A stretch of DNA of 50,805 nucleotides from Candidatus Sumerlaeaceae bacterium. Lineage in GTDB: Bacteria; Sumerlaeota; Sumerlaeia; Sumerlaeales; Sumerlaeaceae. The notes beneath the pieces are model-generated. The model was not told the origin of the DNA. It saw only the letters and a program-made list of their open reading frames with translations, and did no database searches. The stretch spans positions 1 through 50,805 of the forward strand of contig JBMFRB010000011.1 of assembly GCA_049968255.1 (NCBI GenBank), read 5' to 3'. Positions 9,220 to 19,781 of this stretch are shown in pieces (position 1 is the first letter of the stretch; the number at the start of each line of letters is the position of its first letter). The position numbers and the translations under genes were made by a program.

Positions 9220-10668
9220 CTAGTCCAGCCCCAATGTTGGCCACAGCTGATCGATGCGTTGACGAACTTCGTCGCTCATGCGAGCGATCTCAGGCCACGG
9301 ACGGGAGTGACCTTCTTCAGGCCATTTCTGGGTTGCATCGATACCCATTTTGCCGCCGAAGCGCGGCAACATGGCAGCATGATCGAGATCGTCCACAGGC
9401 CCACGAACGACCTCCACGTCACGCACATAGTCGACACTGTTGGTCGCTCGCCACACGACTTCGCCATAGTTGCGCAGATTGACGTCGTGGTCGACCACCA
9501 CGATAAGTTTGGTGTTCATGGCCTGCCCCAATCCCCAGATGCCATGCATAACTTTGCGCGCGTGGCCAGGATAAGCTTTGCGGATGGCGACTAGCATAAG
9601 GTTGTGAAAGCAGCCCCACACGGGCATGTGTAGATCAACGATCTCAGGGAATTGCCGTTTAATGAGCGGGGAGAAAAGCTCCTCGATGGCTTCACCCATG
9701 TAAGCGTCCTCCATGGGCGGAGGGCCGACGATGGTGTGCGGGTAGACGGGGGCGCGCCGCATACTCATGGCGGTGAGGTGGAAGACGGGGTACATGTCTG
9801 GCAGCGAGTAATAGCCGGTGTGATCGCCAAAAGGGCCTTCCAGACGTAGCTCACCCGGATCCACGTAGCCTTCTAGCACGATCTCGGCCTCTGCAGGCAC
9901 CAAGAGGTCGTTGGTTCGGCAGCGAGTCACTTTCACTGGCGAGCCACGCAAGAGTCCGGCAAACATCATCTCATTGACGTCGGGCGGCAAGGGCACCGCA
10001 GCGGAGAAGATCTCTGCCGGTCCGGCACCCAGCACAATCGACACGGGCAACACCTCCCCCCGCTCCTTCATCCGGCGCAAGTGTTCGGCTCCGCCCTTGT
10101 GAATGTGCCAATGCATGCCACACGTCTTGGAATCAAAAACTTGCAGCCGGTACATGCCGCAATTGGTCGCACCTGTGACGGGGTCGCGCGAGAAAACCAT
10201 CGGCAAGGTGATGAAGCGGCCGCCGTCTTTCGGCCAGCATTTGCACACCGGGAGCAAATCGAACGATGGGTTTTCCACCGGCACTTCCTGCCAAGCCCCA
10301 GATTTCACCTCTACGGGGAAGATGTCGTTCAACTGTTTGAGCTTCGGCAACATTTTGAGCTTTTCGAGGAAGCTCATCGGTCCGCGTGATTCCACGAGTG
10401 CGAGGAAACTTTCCGTGATCTCGGAGAGCTTTTCCGCCCCACACACCATCTGCATGCGGTGCCGCGAACCAAACATGTTCACAAGCACGGGAATCGAGTG
10501 GCCGCGCACGCGCTCGAAGAGCAACGCTTTCCCACCGCCCGGACTTTTCATGATACGGTCGGCGATCTCTGTGATCTCAAGCTCGGGGTCCACTTCAGCC
10601 CGGATGCGCACAAGTTCCCCTGCTTTTTCCAACGCGGCAACAAATTCCCTCAAATTGTCATAAGCCAT
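9220..10668 (-). CDS. UbiD-family prFMN-dependent decarboxylase (menaquinone-biosynthesis type)
   Basis: YDNLREF, EVDPELEITEI, DGGRFITLP, NCGMYRLQ, EGPFGDHTGYY, GGKMGIDAT; start MAYDNL at 10668. Confidence 0.92.
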   Translation of the reverse strand: MAYDNLREFVAALEKAGELVRIRAEVDPELEITEIADRIMKSPGGGKALLFERVRGHSIPVLVNMFGSRHRMQMVCGAEKLSEITESFLALVESRGPMSFLEKLKMLPKLKQLNDIFPVEVKSGAWQEVPVENPSFDLLPVCKCWPKDGGRFITLPMVFSRDPVTGATNCGMYRLQVFDSKTCGMHWHIHKGGAEHLRRMKERGEVLPVSIVLGAGPAEIFSAAVPLPPDVNEMMFAGLLRGSPVKVTRCRTNDLLVPAEAEIVLEGYVDPGELRLEGPFGDHTGYYSLPDMYPVFHLTAMSMRRAPVYPHTIVGPPPMEDAYMGEAIEELFSPLIKRQFPEIVDLHMPVWGCFHNLMLVAIRKAYPGHARKVMHGIWGLGQAMNTKLIVVVDHDVNLRNYGEVVWRATNSVDYVRDVEVVRGPVDDLDHAAMLPRFGGKMGIDATQKWPEEGHSRPWPEIARMSDEVRQRIDQLWPTLGLD

Positions 10669-10800
10669 AGCGTGCTCGCGCTTCCTCTCAGTGACGTAAC
10701 GCTGTGAAAAGCAATACAATGCCCGTCCGAGATCTTTGCGAATGTTTCGTCCGGGCACAAGGGGGGACGCGCAAGGCGACGGCGATCAGGCCCCCGGAAC

Positions 10801-11928
10801 TCACACTTGCTCGAGAGCTAACTCTAATTCGGCGCGAAAATGGCCGACTGTCGGATAGCGATCCTCGGGATTTGAAGCCATAGCGCGGGAAAAGATGCGC
10901 TGGAGCGTCTCAGGAAGGGGTTCTGCCGTGCGCGGAAATGGTGGGCGATCTGAGGCCATCGCACTTGTGTCGCATGCTTTTTCGGTGGCGGGTGCGGCTT
11001 GACCTTGTTGCGCTTTACCTGGGGCGGACTCCACGCCCACCCCCTTTGTCGCAACTTCAGAGTTCGTGGAAGCCAGGGCGCGCTCCCATGCAATCTGCAC
11101 GTGGTCTGGGAGGTGCCCATAGGCCGGCGGGTCGGGTAAGCGCCCAGTGACAAGTTTATAAAACGTCACGCCGAGCGCATAAATGTCCGTCGCAGGGGAG
11201 GGATCGGCTCCGCCGGCGAGCAACTCTGGCGCTGCATACGCCGGCGTGCAGCAGCGCACCACTTGCTCGGTCTCGCGGCCCGAATGCCGGATCCAACGCG
11301 CGAGCCCGAAATCTGTGAGTTTGATGCTGCCCTCTGTTCCCACCAACACGTTAGCCGGCTTGAGGTCGCCGTGCACCACGCCGTTATCGTGAAGATAATC
11401 AACGCCGGCACAGATTTCGCGCACCAGGTGCAGCAACTGCGTTTTGTTCAACTCCACGCCATCGCGGATGAGGTGTTCGAGTGAGGCGCCTGCGACGAAT
11501 TCCATCACGAGGAAGTGCAACTCGCTAGCCACCCCCCGACCAAATACGCTCACCACGTTGGGGTGATTGAGTTCAGCCAGCGCCTCGGCTTCGCGCACAA
11601 AGATGTCAAGAAACTCGCTGCGTTGCGCGAGCTTCGGCCGAAGGATTTTCAACGCGACCGTTTCATCATTGGCAAGTCGGCGTGCCCGGAACACCCACGC
11701 CATCCCGCCCCGTGCTAATCTATGCTCAAGGAGGTAGCTGCCAATGCGCATTCCCGGCTGCAGGCAGCCCAGCACTCGCGCCTCTTCGTCCTCCAGAGGA
11801 GCCGTCGGCGTCTCTGTGCCTCCTGTCTCAGCCTCTGGTCGCGTCTGCGCCGACGCTTCTTTGCCATTGCGCGAAGCCAAACGCGATATCACCCCTCTCA
11901 GCAATGGAAATGGCGACCTCTCGCCCAA
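10801..11928 (-). CDS. Hanks-type Ser/Thr protein kinase, soluble
   Basis: ARGGMAWV, VALK, HPNVV, HGDLKPAN, DFGLA, APE, DIYALG; TTG start with AAGGAG SD; no transmembrane segment evident. Confidence 0.92.
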   Translation of the reverse strand: MGERSPFPLLRGVISRLASRNGKEASAQTRPEAETGGTETPTAPLEDEEARVLGCLQPGMRIGSYLLEHRLARGGMAWVFRARRLANDETVALKILRPKLAQRSEFLDIFVREAEALAELNHPNVVSVFGRGVASELHFLVMEFVAGASLEHLIRDGVELNKTQLLHLVREICAGVDYLHDNGVVHGDLKPANVLVGTEGSIKLTDFGLARWIRHSGRETEQVVRCCTPAYAAPELLAGGADPSPATDIYALGVTFYKLVTGRLPDPPAYGHLPDHVQIAWERALASTNSEVATKGVGVESAPGKAQQGQAAPATEKACDTSAMASDRPPFPRTAEPLPETLQRIFSRAMASNPEDRYPTVGHFRAELELALEQV

Positions 11929-12516
11929 ACTTCACTCCTTTTCACCAAAATTTCACTTTTTCTGACGCCAGCGACCGGCAAAAAGTTTCCGAAAACGTGT
12001 CCAGCGCCTTTGGCCTGAGGCCGAAAACCCTCAAGACCCATTGGGGCAACGTCGGGTGAGTTTCCCCGACACAAACCCAAAAGAGGGCGGGCCGCTTCGC
12101 TCCGTGATCGCGCTGCTTGACTGCCGGGGATGCTCCGCTCTTGCCGGCGTGGCAGCGGGCCCATGCGCCTTGGCGCTTGACCGCTGTGGCGTCGCATTTG
12201 CGGTGGAAGGGGCCTATAAACACCTGGCGCAAGGGGGGTGGTCATTCCCGTTTCGCGGTCCCGCGTGCCACCGCTGTGGGGGCGCTCACCTTATCATCAA
12301 CTTTCCCGCTGACTTTTGAGTCTGCACGTGAATGAATTCGTCGCTCGGGTTTGTATTTGCTGGACGGCTTAGCGCTGGTCGCGAGAAGTCGAAAGGGTTT
12401 TTGTTTCCCTTGATTCGCCGCGATCGCGGGCATCTAAGGTTTTCTCTGTGGACCTGAGCGATTGTGCGACGGTCAATGGGAATGTGGTTTCGAAAGCTCT
12501 GGAGGACTAATCAAAG

Positions 12517-13923
12517 GTGGCCGAAGAAAAACAAAGCACCCAAGAGACTCCGACCGAAAGTGCGGAGGAAAGTGTATTGGACGAGGCTACACGCCGCGTT
12601 CGGGATCAGCAAGAAAAAGCTGTCCCTCATCAGATTGTTAGCGAAGAGTCGTTGCCGCAGTCACGCCGCATGATTGTGGTCGAGATTGCTGCCGACGAGT
12701 GGATTCCGCGGTTAGAAGAACTTTTCAAAGAATTCCAGCAGAATGTGGCCCTCGAAGGATTTCGCAAGGGCAAGGCCCCATTGAAGCTTTTGCAGCGACG
12801 CTTCATGCGCGAAGCGCAGGAGAGCCTAGCAGAAAAGCTCGTGCCCGCAATCCTTCGCCAATATGCCGAAACCAAGCAAACGATGCTCTATGGCACTCCG
12901 CGCGTGCATGAAATCGTGGGCGAGCCTGGTCAGCCTGCGCGTCTCAAGATCGAAGTCGAGGTAAAGCCGGAACTTGAACCAAAGGGCTACAACACAATCG
13001 CCGTTGAGGTCGAGGATATTCCCATGCCGCCCGACATGGTCGAGCGCGAGCTGGAATCGCTGCGCTACCGTAGCGCGTTCTTTGAAGAAGTGCAGCGCGC
13101 TGCCGAGCCCAATGACGGGGTCGTGGTGGATTTCAAAGCCGTCAACGCCAAGGGCCAGACTGTCGACCAGGGGACTGACGTGTTCGTGCATGCCGAGAGC
13201 GAAGCACCTGTGCCGGACGAAGTGCGCGCTGCTCTGATTGGCAAAAAGGCAGGCGACGAACTCGAAGTGGAGACTGTCAAAACCGACGGCACTAGGCTCA
13301 AATACATTGTTAACGTCAAGGCGGTGAAGCAGCTTCGCTTGCCAGAGCTCGACGACGAATTCGCGAAAGATCTGGGTTACGAAAGCTTAGCCAAGTTACG
13401 CGAGGCGACCGAAGACATGTGCCGCAAGCGCATCGAGGCGGAGAAAGTGGATCGCGCGTTCGACGCCATTGTGCAAAAGCTCAATGAGGCGAACGATTTT
13501 GAGGTGCCGCCAAGCTTACAGGCTCAGGTCGAACGCGACCTTATGCATCGCGATCTACGCTTTATGTATGCCACAGGAAGGCTGCCGTGGCAATTGCGCG
13601 GCCAGACCCGGGAAGAATATCGACTTGCTATCGAGCGCGATGCCAACCTGCGCGTCAAAGGCTACCTGCTGCTTGATGCCATCGGCAGCAAGGAAAACAT
13701 CGAGGCCACTCCCGAAGACATCGACGCCGCACTCAAGGCGCGGGCCGAAGCCGAGGGCCGGAAGCCTTTAGCCGTGCGCGCAGCTCTTGAGAAAGCTCGC
13801 CAGTGGGAGAGTTTCGTGGAGGAAGTGCGTTTCGACAAAATCCGCGAATACCTTCTCAAAAAGGCGCAAATCACGTGGGTGCCCGCCAAGGCTGCCGACA
13901 CATCGTCGCCAGCTCAAGGCTAG
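12517..13923 (+). CDS. tig: Trigger factor
   Basis: GFRKGKAP ribosome-binding signature, LPELDDEFAKDLG; GGAGGA SD before GTG. Confidence 0.93.
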   Translation: MAEEKQSTQETPTESAEESVLDEATRRVRDQQEKAVPHQIVSEESLPQSRRMIVVEIAADEWIPRLEELFKEFQQNVALEGFRKGKAPLKLLQRRFMREAQESLAEKLVPAILRQYAETKQTMLYGTPRVHEIVGEPGQPARLKIEVEVKPELEPKGYNTIAVEVEDIPMPPDMVERELESLRYRSAFFEEVQRAAEPNDGVVVDFKAVNAKGQTVDQGTDVFVHAESEAPVPDEVRAALIGKKAGDELEVETVKTDGTRLKYIVNVKAVKQLRLPELDDEFAKDLGYESLAKLREATEDMCRKRIEAEKVDRAFDAIVQKLNEANDFEVPPSLQAQVERDLMHRDLRFMYATGRLPWQLRGQTREEYRLAIERDANLRVKGYLLLDAIGSKENIEATPEDIDAALKARAEAEGRKPLAVRAALEKARQWESFVEEVRFDKIREYLLKKAQITWVPAKAADTSSPAQG

Positions 13924-14349
13924 CAAGTCAGCTGTCTGGCACCTTACACTGTCAGGATGCTAACCTCGATCGGTGCTGTGAGCCGTGTGGCTCAGCACCG
14001 ATTTGCTTTTCTTCGCAAAACTCTGGCGACAGTGTTCCACGGCTCTGTGCATGCACTGCGCTCAAGAGATTGCATCCCCCGAACGTGCATAGGCCTGGGC
14101 AACAGCCCGCTATGCTAAGAATCATGTTCGCGTTCGTAGGGCGATGCCAGGATCCTTTTAGGCTGTGTCAATGCCACAAGCCATTTGAGTTGCGCTCGCA
14201 GCTCGAAGCAGAAAATCGTCGACGGCTTTCACAATGCCTATTGACACGCCCCAACAATGAGGGCTGCCTATTGTGTTCAAAGTTTCGACATTTTCCAGGA
14301 GCGTTTTTTATCGTTTCGATAAAACCTCCCCAAGGAGAAGCTTTGAACA

Positions 14350-15510
14350 ATGGGTGAATGGATAGGACGTGGACGTAAAGCGCGTCGCGCTTACGGCTTT
14401 GATGAAATCGCGATCGTCCCGGGCATGGTGACGATCAACCCCAATGAAGTGGACACTTCCTGGGAACTGGCAGGTCGCCGCTTTGAAGTACCGATTATCG
14501 CGGCTGCAATGGACGGCGTTGTTGACCCGAGTTTTGCCATTCTCATGGGAAAGCTAGGTGGGCTGGCCATCCTCAATCTTGAAGGTGTGTGGACCCGCTA
14601 CGATGATCCCACCGACATTCTCAATGAAATTGCTGCGGCCACACCCGAGCGTGCGACCGAACTCGTGCAGCAGCTATATCAGCCTCCGGTGCGCGAGGAT
14701 CTCATCCAGCGGCGCGTCGAACAGATTCGCGCGGCGGGTGTGCCGCCTATTGTTAGCGCAATTCCCCAAAAGGCCGAACGCTACGCGGCATTGGCCGAGG
14801 AAGCTGGCTGCGAAATTTTTGTGGTGCAGTCCACCGTGTGCACGGTTCGCCACATCTCCACTGAGTACAAAATGCTCGACCTGGCGAAATTTATCGCCAA
14901 TACAAAGATGGCTGTGATGGTGGGCAATTGCGTGACCTACGAGGTCGCCCTCGAGCTCATGGAGTGCAACCCCGCTGCGGTGATCATCGGCATTGGGCCA
15001 GGTGCCGCCTGCACCAGCCGCGGTGTGCTCGGTATCGGAGTGCCGCAGGTCACGGCCACGGTCGACGGCGCGGCCGCTCGCGATAAGTATTTTGTGCAAA
15101 CAGGGCGCTACATTCCCATCATCACCGACGGTGGCATGAGCGTAGGCGGCGATATCTGCAAAGCCTTCGCCTCGGGAGCCGACGCCGTGATTGTCGGCAG
15201 CGCATTTGCAAAAGCTGTGGAAGCTCCCGGCAAAGGCTATCACTGGGGCATGGCCACACCGCACCAGAACCTGCCCAGAGGAACGCGCATCCACGTCGGC
15301 ACTACAGGCACTTTGGAAGAGATCCTCTTCGGACCTGCGCGCCTGGATGATGGTTCGCAGAACCTTATGGGAGCCCTCCGCACCTGTATGGGCAGCGTGG
15401 GGGCGCGCAATTTGCGCGAACTGCAGCGCGTGGAACTCGTTATTGCCCCCGCCATCAAAACGGAAGGCAAAATTTTCCAAAAGGCGCAACGCATCGGCAT
15501 GGGCAAATGA
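14350..15510 (+). CDS. guaB3: GuaB3-family IMP dehydrogenase (no CBS domains)
   Basis: GRGRKARRAYGFDEIAIVP, AAAMDGV, GIGPGAACTSR (catalytic Cys), DGGM, HWGMATP; AAGGAG SD. Confidence 0.92.
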   Translation: MGEWIGRGRKARRAYGFDEIAIVPGMVTINPNEVDTSWELAGRRFEVPIIAAAMDGVVDPSFAILMGKLGGLAILNLEGVWTRYDDPTDILNEIAAATPERATELVQQLYQPPVREDLIQRRVEQIRAAGVPPIVSAIPQKAERYAALAEEAGCEIFVVQSTVCTVRHISTEYKMLDLAKFIANTKMAVMVGNCVTYEVALELMECNPAAVIIGIGPGAACTSRGVLGIGVPQVTATVDGAAARDKYFVQTGRYIPIITDGGMSVGGDICKAFASGADAVIVGSAFAKAVEAPGKGYHWGMATPHQNLPRGTRIHVGTTGTLEEILFGPARLDDGSQNLMGALRTCMGSVGARNLRELQRVELVIAPAIKTEGKIFQKAQRIGMGK

Positions 15511-15682
15511 GCCGCCTCAGGCGTCCCGCAGCATACGTTTAGAGGCATCAGGGGGTGAGGAAGATTGCCCCCGCCATGCTTTCGTGAATCTCGAAACGTA
15601 AGCGGGCGAGATCGGCCTCGTGGTGGAGGCCGATGCGCCGGCTGCCTGGACGTTGGAAGCGAATACTAAAGGCGAGAATGTC

Positions 15683-17218
15683 ATGATTGCTATTCTCGAT
15701 TTCGGCTCGCAATATGCACAACTTATCGCGCGCAAAGTTCGCGCGCTGGGCGTGTATGCGCAAATTCTGCCATGCACGGCCAGCGCGGAGAAGCTTCGTG
15801 CGTTCCAGCCAGAAGGCCTGATCCTCTCTGGGGGGCCGGCCTCGGTCACCGACCCTGACGCCCCGCGCATGGACCCCCAACTGCTCGAGCTGGGCTGTCC
15901 GGTGCTTGGCATTTGCTACGGCATGCAACTTATGGTGCACTTGCTGGGTGGCGAAGTGCGTCCGCAAGCGCACAGCGAATATGGACGAGCTCACTTGGTC
16001 CGGATTTCGCCCCATCCGCTTTTCGCAGGAGTGCCCGAGGGAAGTGTGGTGTGGATGAGTCACAACGATGCTGCTGTGCGGTTGCCACCCGAATGGGAAA
16101 CGCTAGCCGGCACTGACGGATGCGAGCAAGTGGCCGTTTGCCACCGCGTGCGACCCTTGTTTGGTCTGCAATTTCATCCCGAGGTCCATCACTCGCGCCA
16201 CGGCCAACGTATTTTGCGAAATTTCGTCTTAGGGATTTGCAAAGCAAAACGCACCTGGCGCATGCGTGACTACATCGCCCACGCTATTGAGGAGATACGG
16301 GCGCGTATGGCCGCTGCTCCGCCCGACGCTCGCATTGTCGGGGCGGTCAGTGGCGGAGTCGACTCTACCGTCTTGGCTACGCTGATGCATCGTGCTGTGG
16401 GCGAGCGTTTTGTGCCGGTATTTGTGGACAACGGCCTCCTGCGTAAAAATGAAGCGCAAACCGTTCGAGAGAATTTCCGCAAGCACCTTGGTATCGAAGT
16501 GACGTTCATTGACGCAGCGCAGCGCTTCCTCGAGGCATTGCGTGGCGTCACAGATCCTGAGGAAAAACGACGTATCATTGGGCGCGCGTTCGTCGAAGTC
16601 TTTTTCAGCGAGCTTCGTCCGCACGACTTGCTTGCGCAGGGAACGCTTTATCCTGATGTCATCGAGAGCGTAAGCGTGAAGGGGCCGAGCGCCACCATCA
16701 AGACGCACCATAACCGCGTGCGCGAGATCCTGGAGCTGATGAAGCAAGGGCGGGTGATCGAGCCGCTACGCGAGCTCTTCAAGGATGAAGTGCGAGAGCT
16801 GGGGCGCGAACTTGGCATTCCAAGAGAAATGCTTTGGCGTCAACCCTTCCCAGGCCCTGGCCTTGCAGTGAGGATTTTAGGCGAGGTAACGACTGAGCGC
16901 CTAGCAGTCCTGCGCGAGGCCGATGCCATCGTGCTCGAAGAGATAAAAGCCGCAGGGCTTTACCACCGCATCTGGCAGAGCTTTGCAGTGCTCCTGCCGG
17001 TCAAGGCCGTGGGCGTCATGGGCGATGCCCGCACCTATGCCAATGTCGTGGCTTTGCGAGCAGTAGAGAGCGTTGATGGGATGACCGCGGATTTCGTCAA
17101 ACTCCCGTGGCACCTTCTTGGGCGCATAGCCTCGCGCATTATCAACGAGGTGCCGGGAGTCAATCGTGTTGTTTACGACGTGAGTTCGAAGCCGCCAAGC
17201 ACAATTGAGTGGGAATGA
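15683..17218 (+). CDS. guaA: GMP synthase (glutamine-hydrolysing)
   Basis: ILDFGSQY, GICYGMQ, QFHPEV, SGGVDS, QGTLYPDVIES, PFPGPGLA, KPPSTIEWE. Confidence 0.97.
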   Translation: MIAILDFGSQYAQLIARKVRALGVYAQILPCTASAEKLRAFQPEGLILSGGPASVTDPDAPRMDPQLLELGCPVLGICYGMQLMVHLLGGEVRPQAHSEYGRAHLVRISPHPLFAGVPEGSVVWMSHNDAAVRLPPEWETLAGTDGCEQVAVCHRVRPLFGLQFHPEVHHSRHGQRILRNFVLGICKAKRTWRMRDYIAHAIEEIRARMAAAPPDARIVGAVSGGVDSTVLATLMHRAVGERFVPVFVDNGLLRKNEAQTVRENFRKHLGIEVTFIDAAQRFLEALRGVTDPEEKRRIIGRAFVEVFFSELRPHDLLAQGTLYPDVIESVSVKGPSATIKTHHNRVREILELMKQGRVIEPLRELFKDEVRELGRELGIPREMLWRQPFPGPGLAVRILGEVTTERLAVLREADAIVLEEIKAAGLYHRIWQSFAVLLPVKAVGVMGDARTYANVVALRAVESVDGMTADFVKLPWHLLGRIASRIINEVPGVNRVVYDVSSKPPSTIEWE

Positions 17219-18109
17219 TAGCGCCTCTGCCGGTGGGTAAGGCAGAACCCGCCGTGGCCACCAGTCCCACACGCGGATAAGATAAATGTAGTTGCCCCAA
17301 ACGCGTGCGCGATGATAGGGGGGGAAACTAGTGCACGCTTACACGATTTGTCTACCCCGCTCCGCCCGGGCGGCGAGCAGCCCACAATATCGTCCCGCCT
17401 TGATGCGACACGTCGGACATCAGATGAGTTGCGATCACGGCTAACAATCGCCGCTTAGGGGGCTGGCATGTTGCAAGCTTTTCATCTTGTCAAACGAAGG
17501 TTTCTGAGCGCCGCTTGCTTGATGGCTATGTTCCAGACCAGAGTGTCGCTCGAGACTTCACGAAGGAGCAACGCTGAAGCAGCTGAGAATTCTTGCTTAC
17601 GGCTGTTCTCTCCCGGTTGCTCGCCGCATCGGAAGCGCTTGGCTGCCTAACCCCGGGCGAGAGCTGTTTATGGCAACTTCTCGCGTCGATACTGATCCGC
17701 CAGGCCAATGCGTGCGCCGGGAAGAATTGGCGTTGGCCGCGCAAAAGCGTGTCGCGTCCTCGGCAAACGCGTCGCGTGTCAAAAATGCTGGTAATCTCTG
17801 GGGGAAGGGACACGCCTGCGCGCTGGTGCCAGCCACGACATGTTAGTCTCTTTTTTCTTACATCACGAATTTGCAGGGCTAGTGGCGATTAACGAAATCC
17901 CACCATGCATTCGGTCTCGCTCATGCAGCGCGGCGCCGCACAAAGTATCGTTCGAAATCGTACAATTTGGACGAAATCGGTCAGTCCTATCCGGATATTT
18001 TGGCTCCCCCATCTCTGTGACAATTTGAAAATAAATTACTTATCGATTTGTCGCCGGATACACGTTTATTGCTAATCCCCTGTGTGTGCCGACGGAAAGG
18101 AGTCCCAGG

Positions 18110-19756
18110 ATGAATTTATTGGCTCCAGCGACCAACGATGCGAATTTTGTGTGGAACGAAGCCATGGCTCGCCACCTGCTCGAACGAGCCGGCTTCGGCC
18201 TTCCTCCCAGTGCGCCGGCTCGGCTAGCAAAGATGCCGTTGGCCGACGCTGTGGAAACCCTTGTCAGCTATCAGCGTTACCCGGACCCTTACCCCGAGCT
18301 TAAGGACCTTCCTGAGATAGAGGAGCCAACGGCAATGCGCCGCCTTGCCCAATTATCTGCTGTGGAGCGGCAAAAAATTCTCCGCGAGCGCAGACGCGCC
18401 GAACGCGAAGCCATGGTGCAGCTCGAAATGTGGTGGCTTGAGCGAATGCGAACAACTCCGCGCCCTCTCCAGGAAAAAATGACGCTATTCTGGCACGGCC
18501 ATTTTGCGGCCTCGGCCGAAAAGGTGCGTTCCACGCGTCTCCTTTATGAGCTCAACCAGACCATGCGCCAGCACGCGGTCGCCCATTTCGGACAGCTTGT
18601 CCGCGCTGTGGGCAAGAGTCCCGCCATGCTCATCTACCTCGATAACCGTACGAGCCGCAAAGATCATCCCAACGAAAATTGGGCCCGCGAACTTTTCGAG
18701 CTCTTTACACTGGGGGAGGGGCACTACACCGAGCGCGATATCCGCGAGGCGGCTCGCGCTTTCACCGGCTGGACCTGTCGCGGAGAAAAGTTTGTCAACG
18801 CGGTCAGAATCCACGACGACGGGCAAAAAACGATTTTTGGGCGCGTTGGCCGCTTCGACGGCGATGCTGTGATTGACCTGGTTCTCCAGCAGCCCGCGTG
18901 CGCAGAATTCATCTGCAGAAAGCTCTGGACGTTCTTTGCATATGAGAACCCGGAAGAAGAAATAGTCAAGGGTTTATCTGATACATTCCGAAAATCGAAT
19001 TATGAACTTGCACCTGTTCTTCGGCAGTTGTTCTGCTCGCGAGCTTTCTTTAGCCAAAAAGCTGTAGCGACCCAGATAAAGTCGCCAACCCAATACGTGG
19101 TCGCGCTGACTGGTCAGCTCGCAACCCCACTCCCGCCTCCACGGCTGACAGCTCTGGCCATGCGGGCCATGGGCCAGGAACTCTTCCATCCCCCTAACGT
19201 AAAGGGCTGGGAAGGGGGACGAAGTTGGATGAACACAAATACAGTTTTTGTCCGCTGCAGTTTTGCCCGCTACCTTCTGACTGGCGAGGCGCTGATGGCC
19301 GGCGCTGTGCGGCGGGGTGGGAACACGCCCCCCTCGCGCACCGCTGATGCCATCCTCACAGAGAACGTAAGTCATCCGACGGGCGCGATGACTGCGGAAA
19401 CAACCGCCAGCGATGCCGTCATGCCCGACGACGAGGCGGTCCGTGCCTTCCTTCTCGCTCTAACCGAGCCGTTTCCTAGCTCGTCTGCACCTCGCTCGCG
19501 GCCGGCTCTTTTCGATGTGGATGGATTTTTTCGACCATATGAAGATTGGGATGTAAATATACTTGTCAATACACTCGCCCGTTATTTTCTCGCGTTGCCA
19601 CTCTCAGTTCGCCAAAAGCAAACAATTGTCGAGGCTGTGAACGATACGCTGAGCGAGGCACCAAAAGCTGGGAGACGTGTGCGTGATCTCGCGAATGCCC
19701 AACGCACCGCACTCCTATACCTCTTACTTTCTACGGCAGAATACCAGATGTGCTAG
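18110..19756 (+). CDS. DUF1800 family protein
   Basis: HLLERAGFG, LQEKMTLFWHGHFA, SPAMLIYLDN, PNENWARELFELFTLG, DIREAARAFTGW, MGQELFHPPNVKGW, EYQMC end; AAGGAG SD before ATG 18110. Confidence 0.9.
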   Translation: MNLLAPATNDANFVWNEAMARHLLERAGFGLPPSAPARLAKMPLADAVETLVSYQRYPDPYPELKDLPEIEEPTAMRRLAQLSAVERQKILRERRRAEREAMVQLEMWWLERMRTTPRPLQEKMTLFWHGHFAASAEKVRSTRLLYELNQTMRQHAVAHFGQLVRAVGKSPAMLIYLDNRTSRKDHPNENWARELFELFTLGEGHYTERDIREAARAFTGWTCRGEKFVNAVRIHDDGQKTIFGRVGRFDGDAVIDLVLQQPACAEFICRKLWTFFAYENPEEEIVKGLSDTFRKSNYELAPVLRQLFCSRAFFSQKAVATQIKSPTQYVVALTGQLATPLPPPRLTALAMRAMGQELFHPPNVKGWEGGRSWMNTNTVFVRCSFARYLLTGEALMAGAVRRGGNTPPSRTADAILTENVSHPTGAMTAETTASDAVMPDDEAVRAFLLALTEPFPSSSAPRSRPALFDVDGFFRPYEDWDVNILVNTLARYFLALPLSVRQKQTIVEAVNDTLSEAPKAGRRVRDLANAQRTALLYLLLSTAEYQMC

Positions 19757-19781
19757 CCCTTGCGTGAATGGAGAAAGAAAT

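Noticed and set aside
11929-12516. tRNA upstream of tig
   Set aside because: No T-arm or cloverleaf with a CCA end found.
17700-17850. c-di-GMP or purine riboswitch
   Set aside because: GGCAAA is present but the GAAA tetraloop/receptor architecture is missing.
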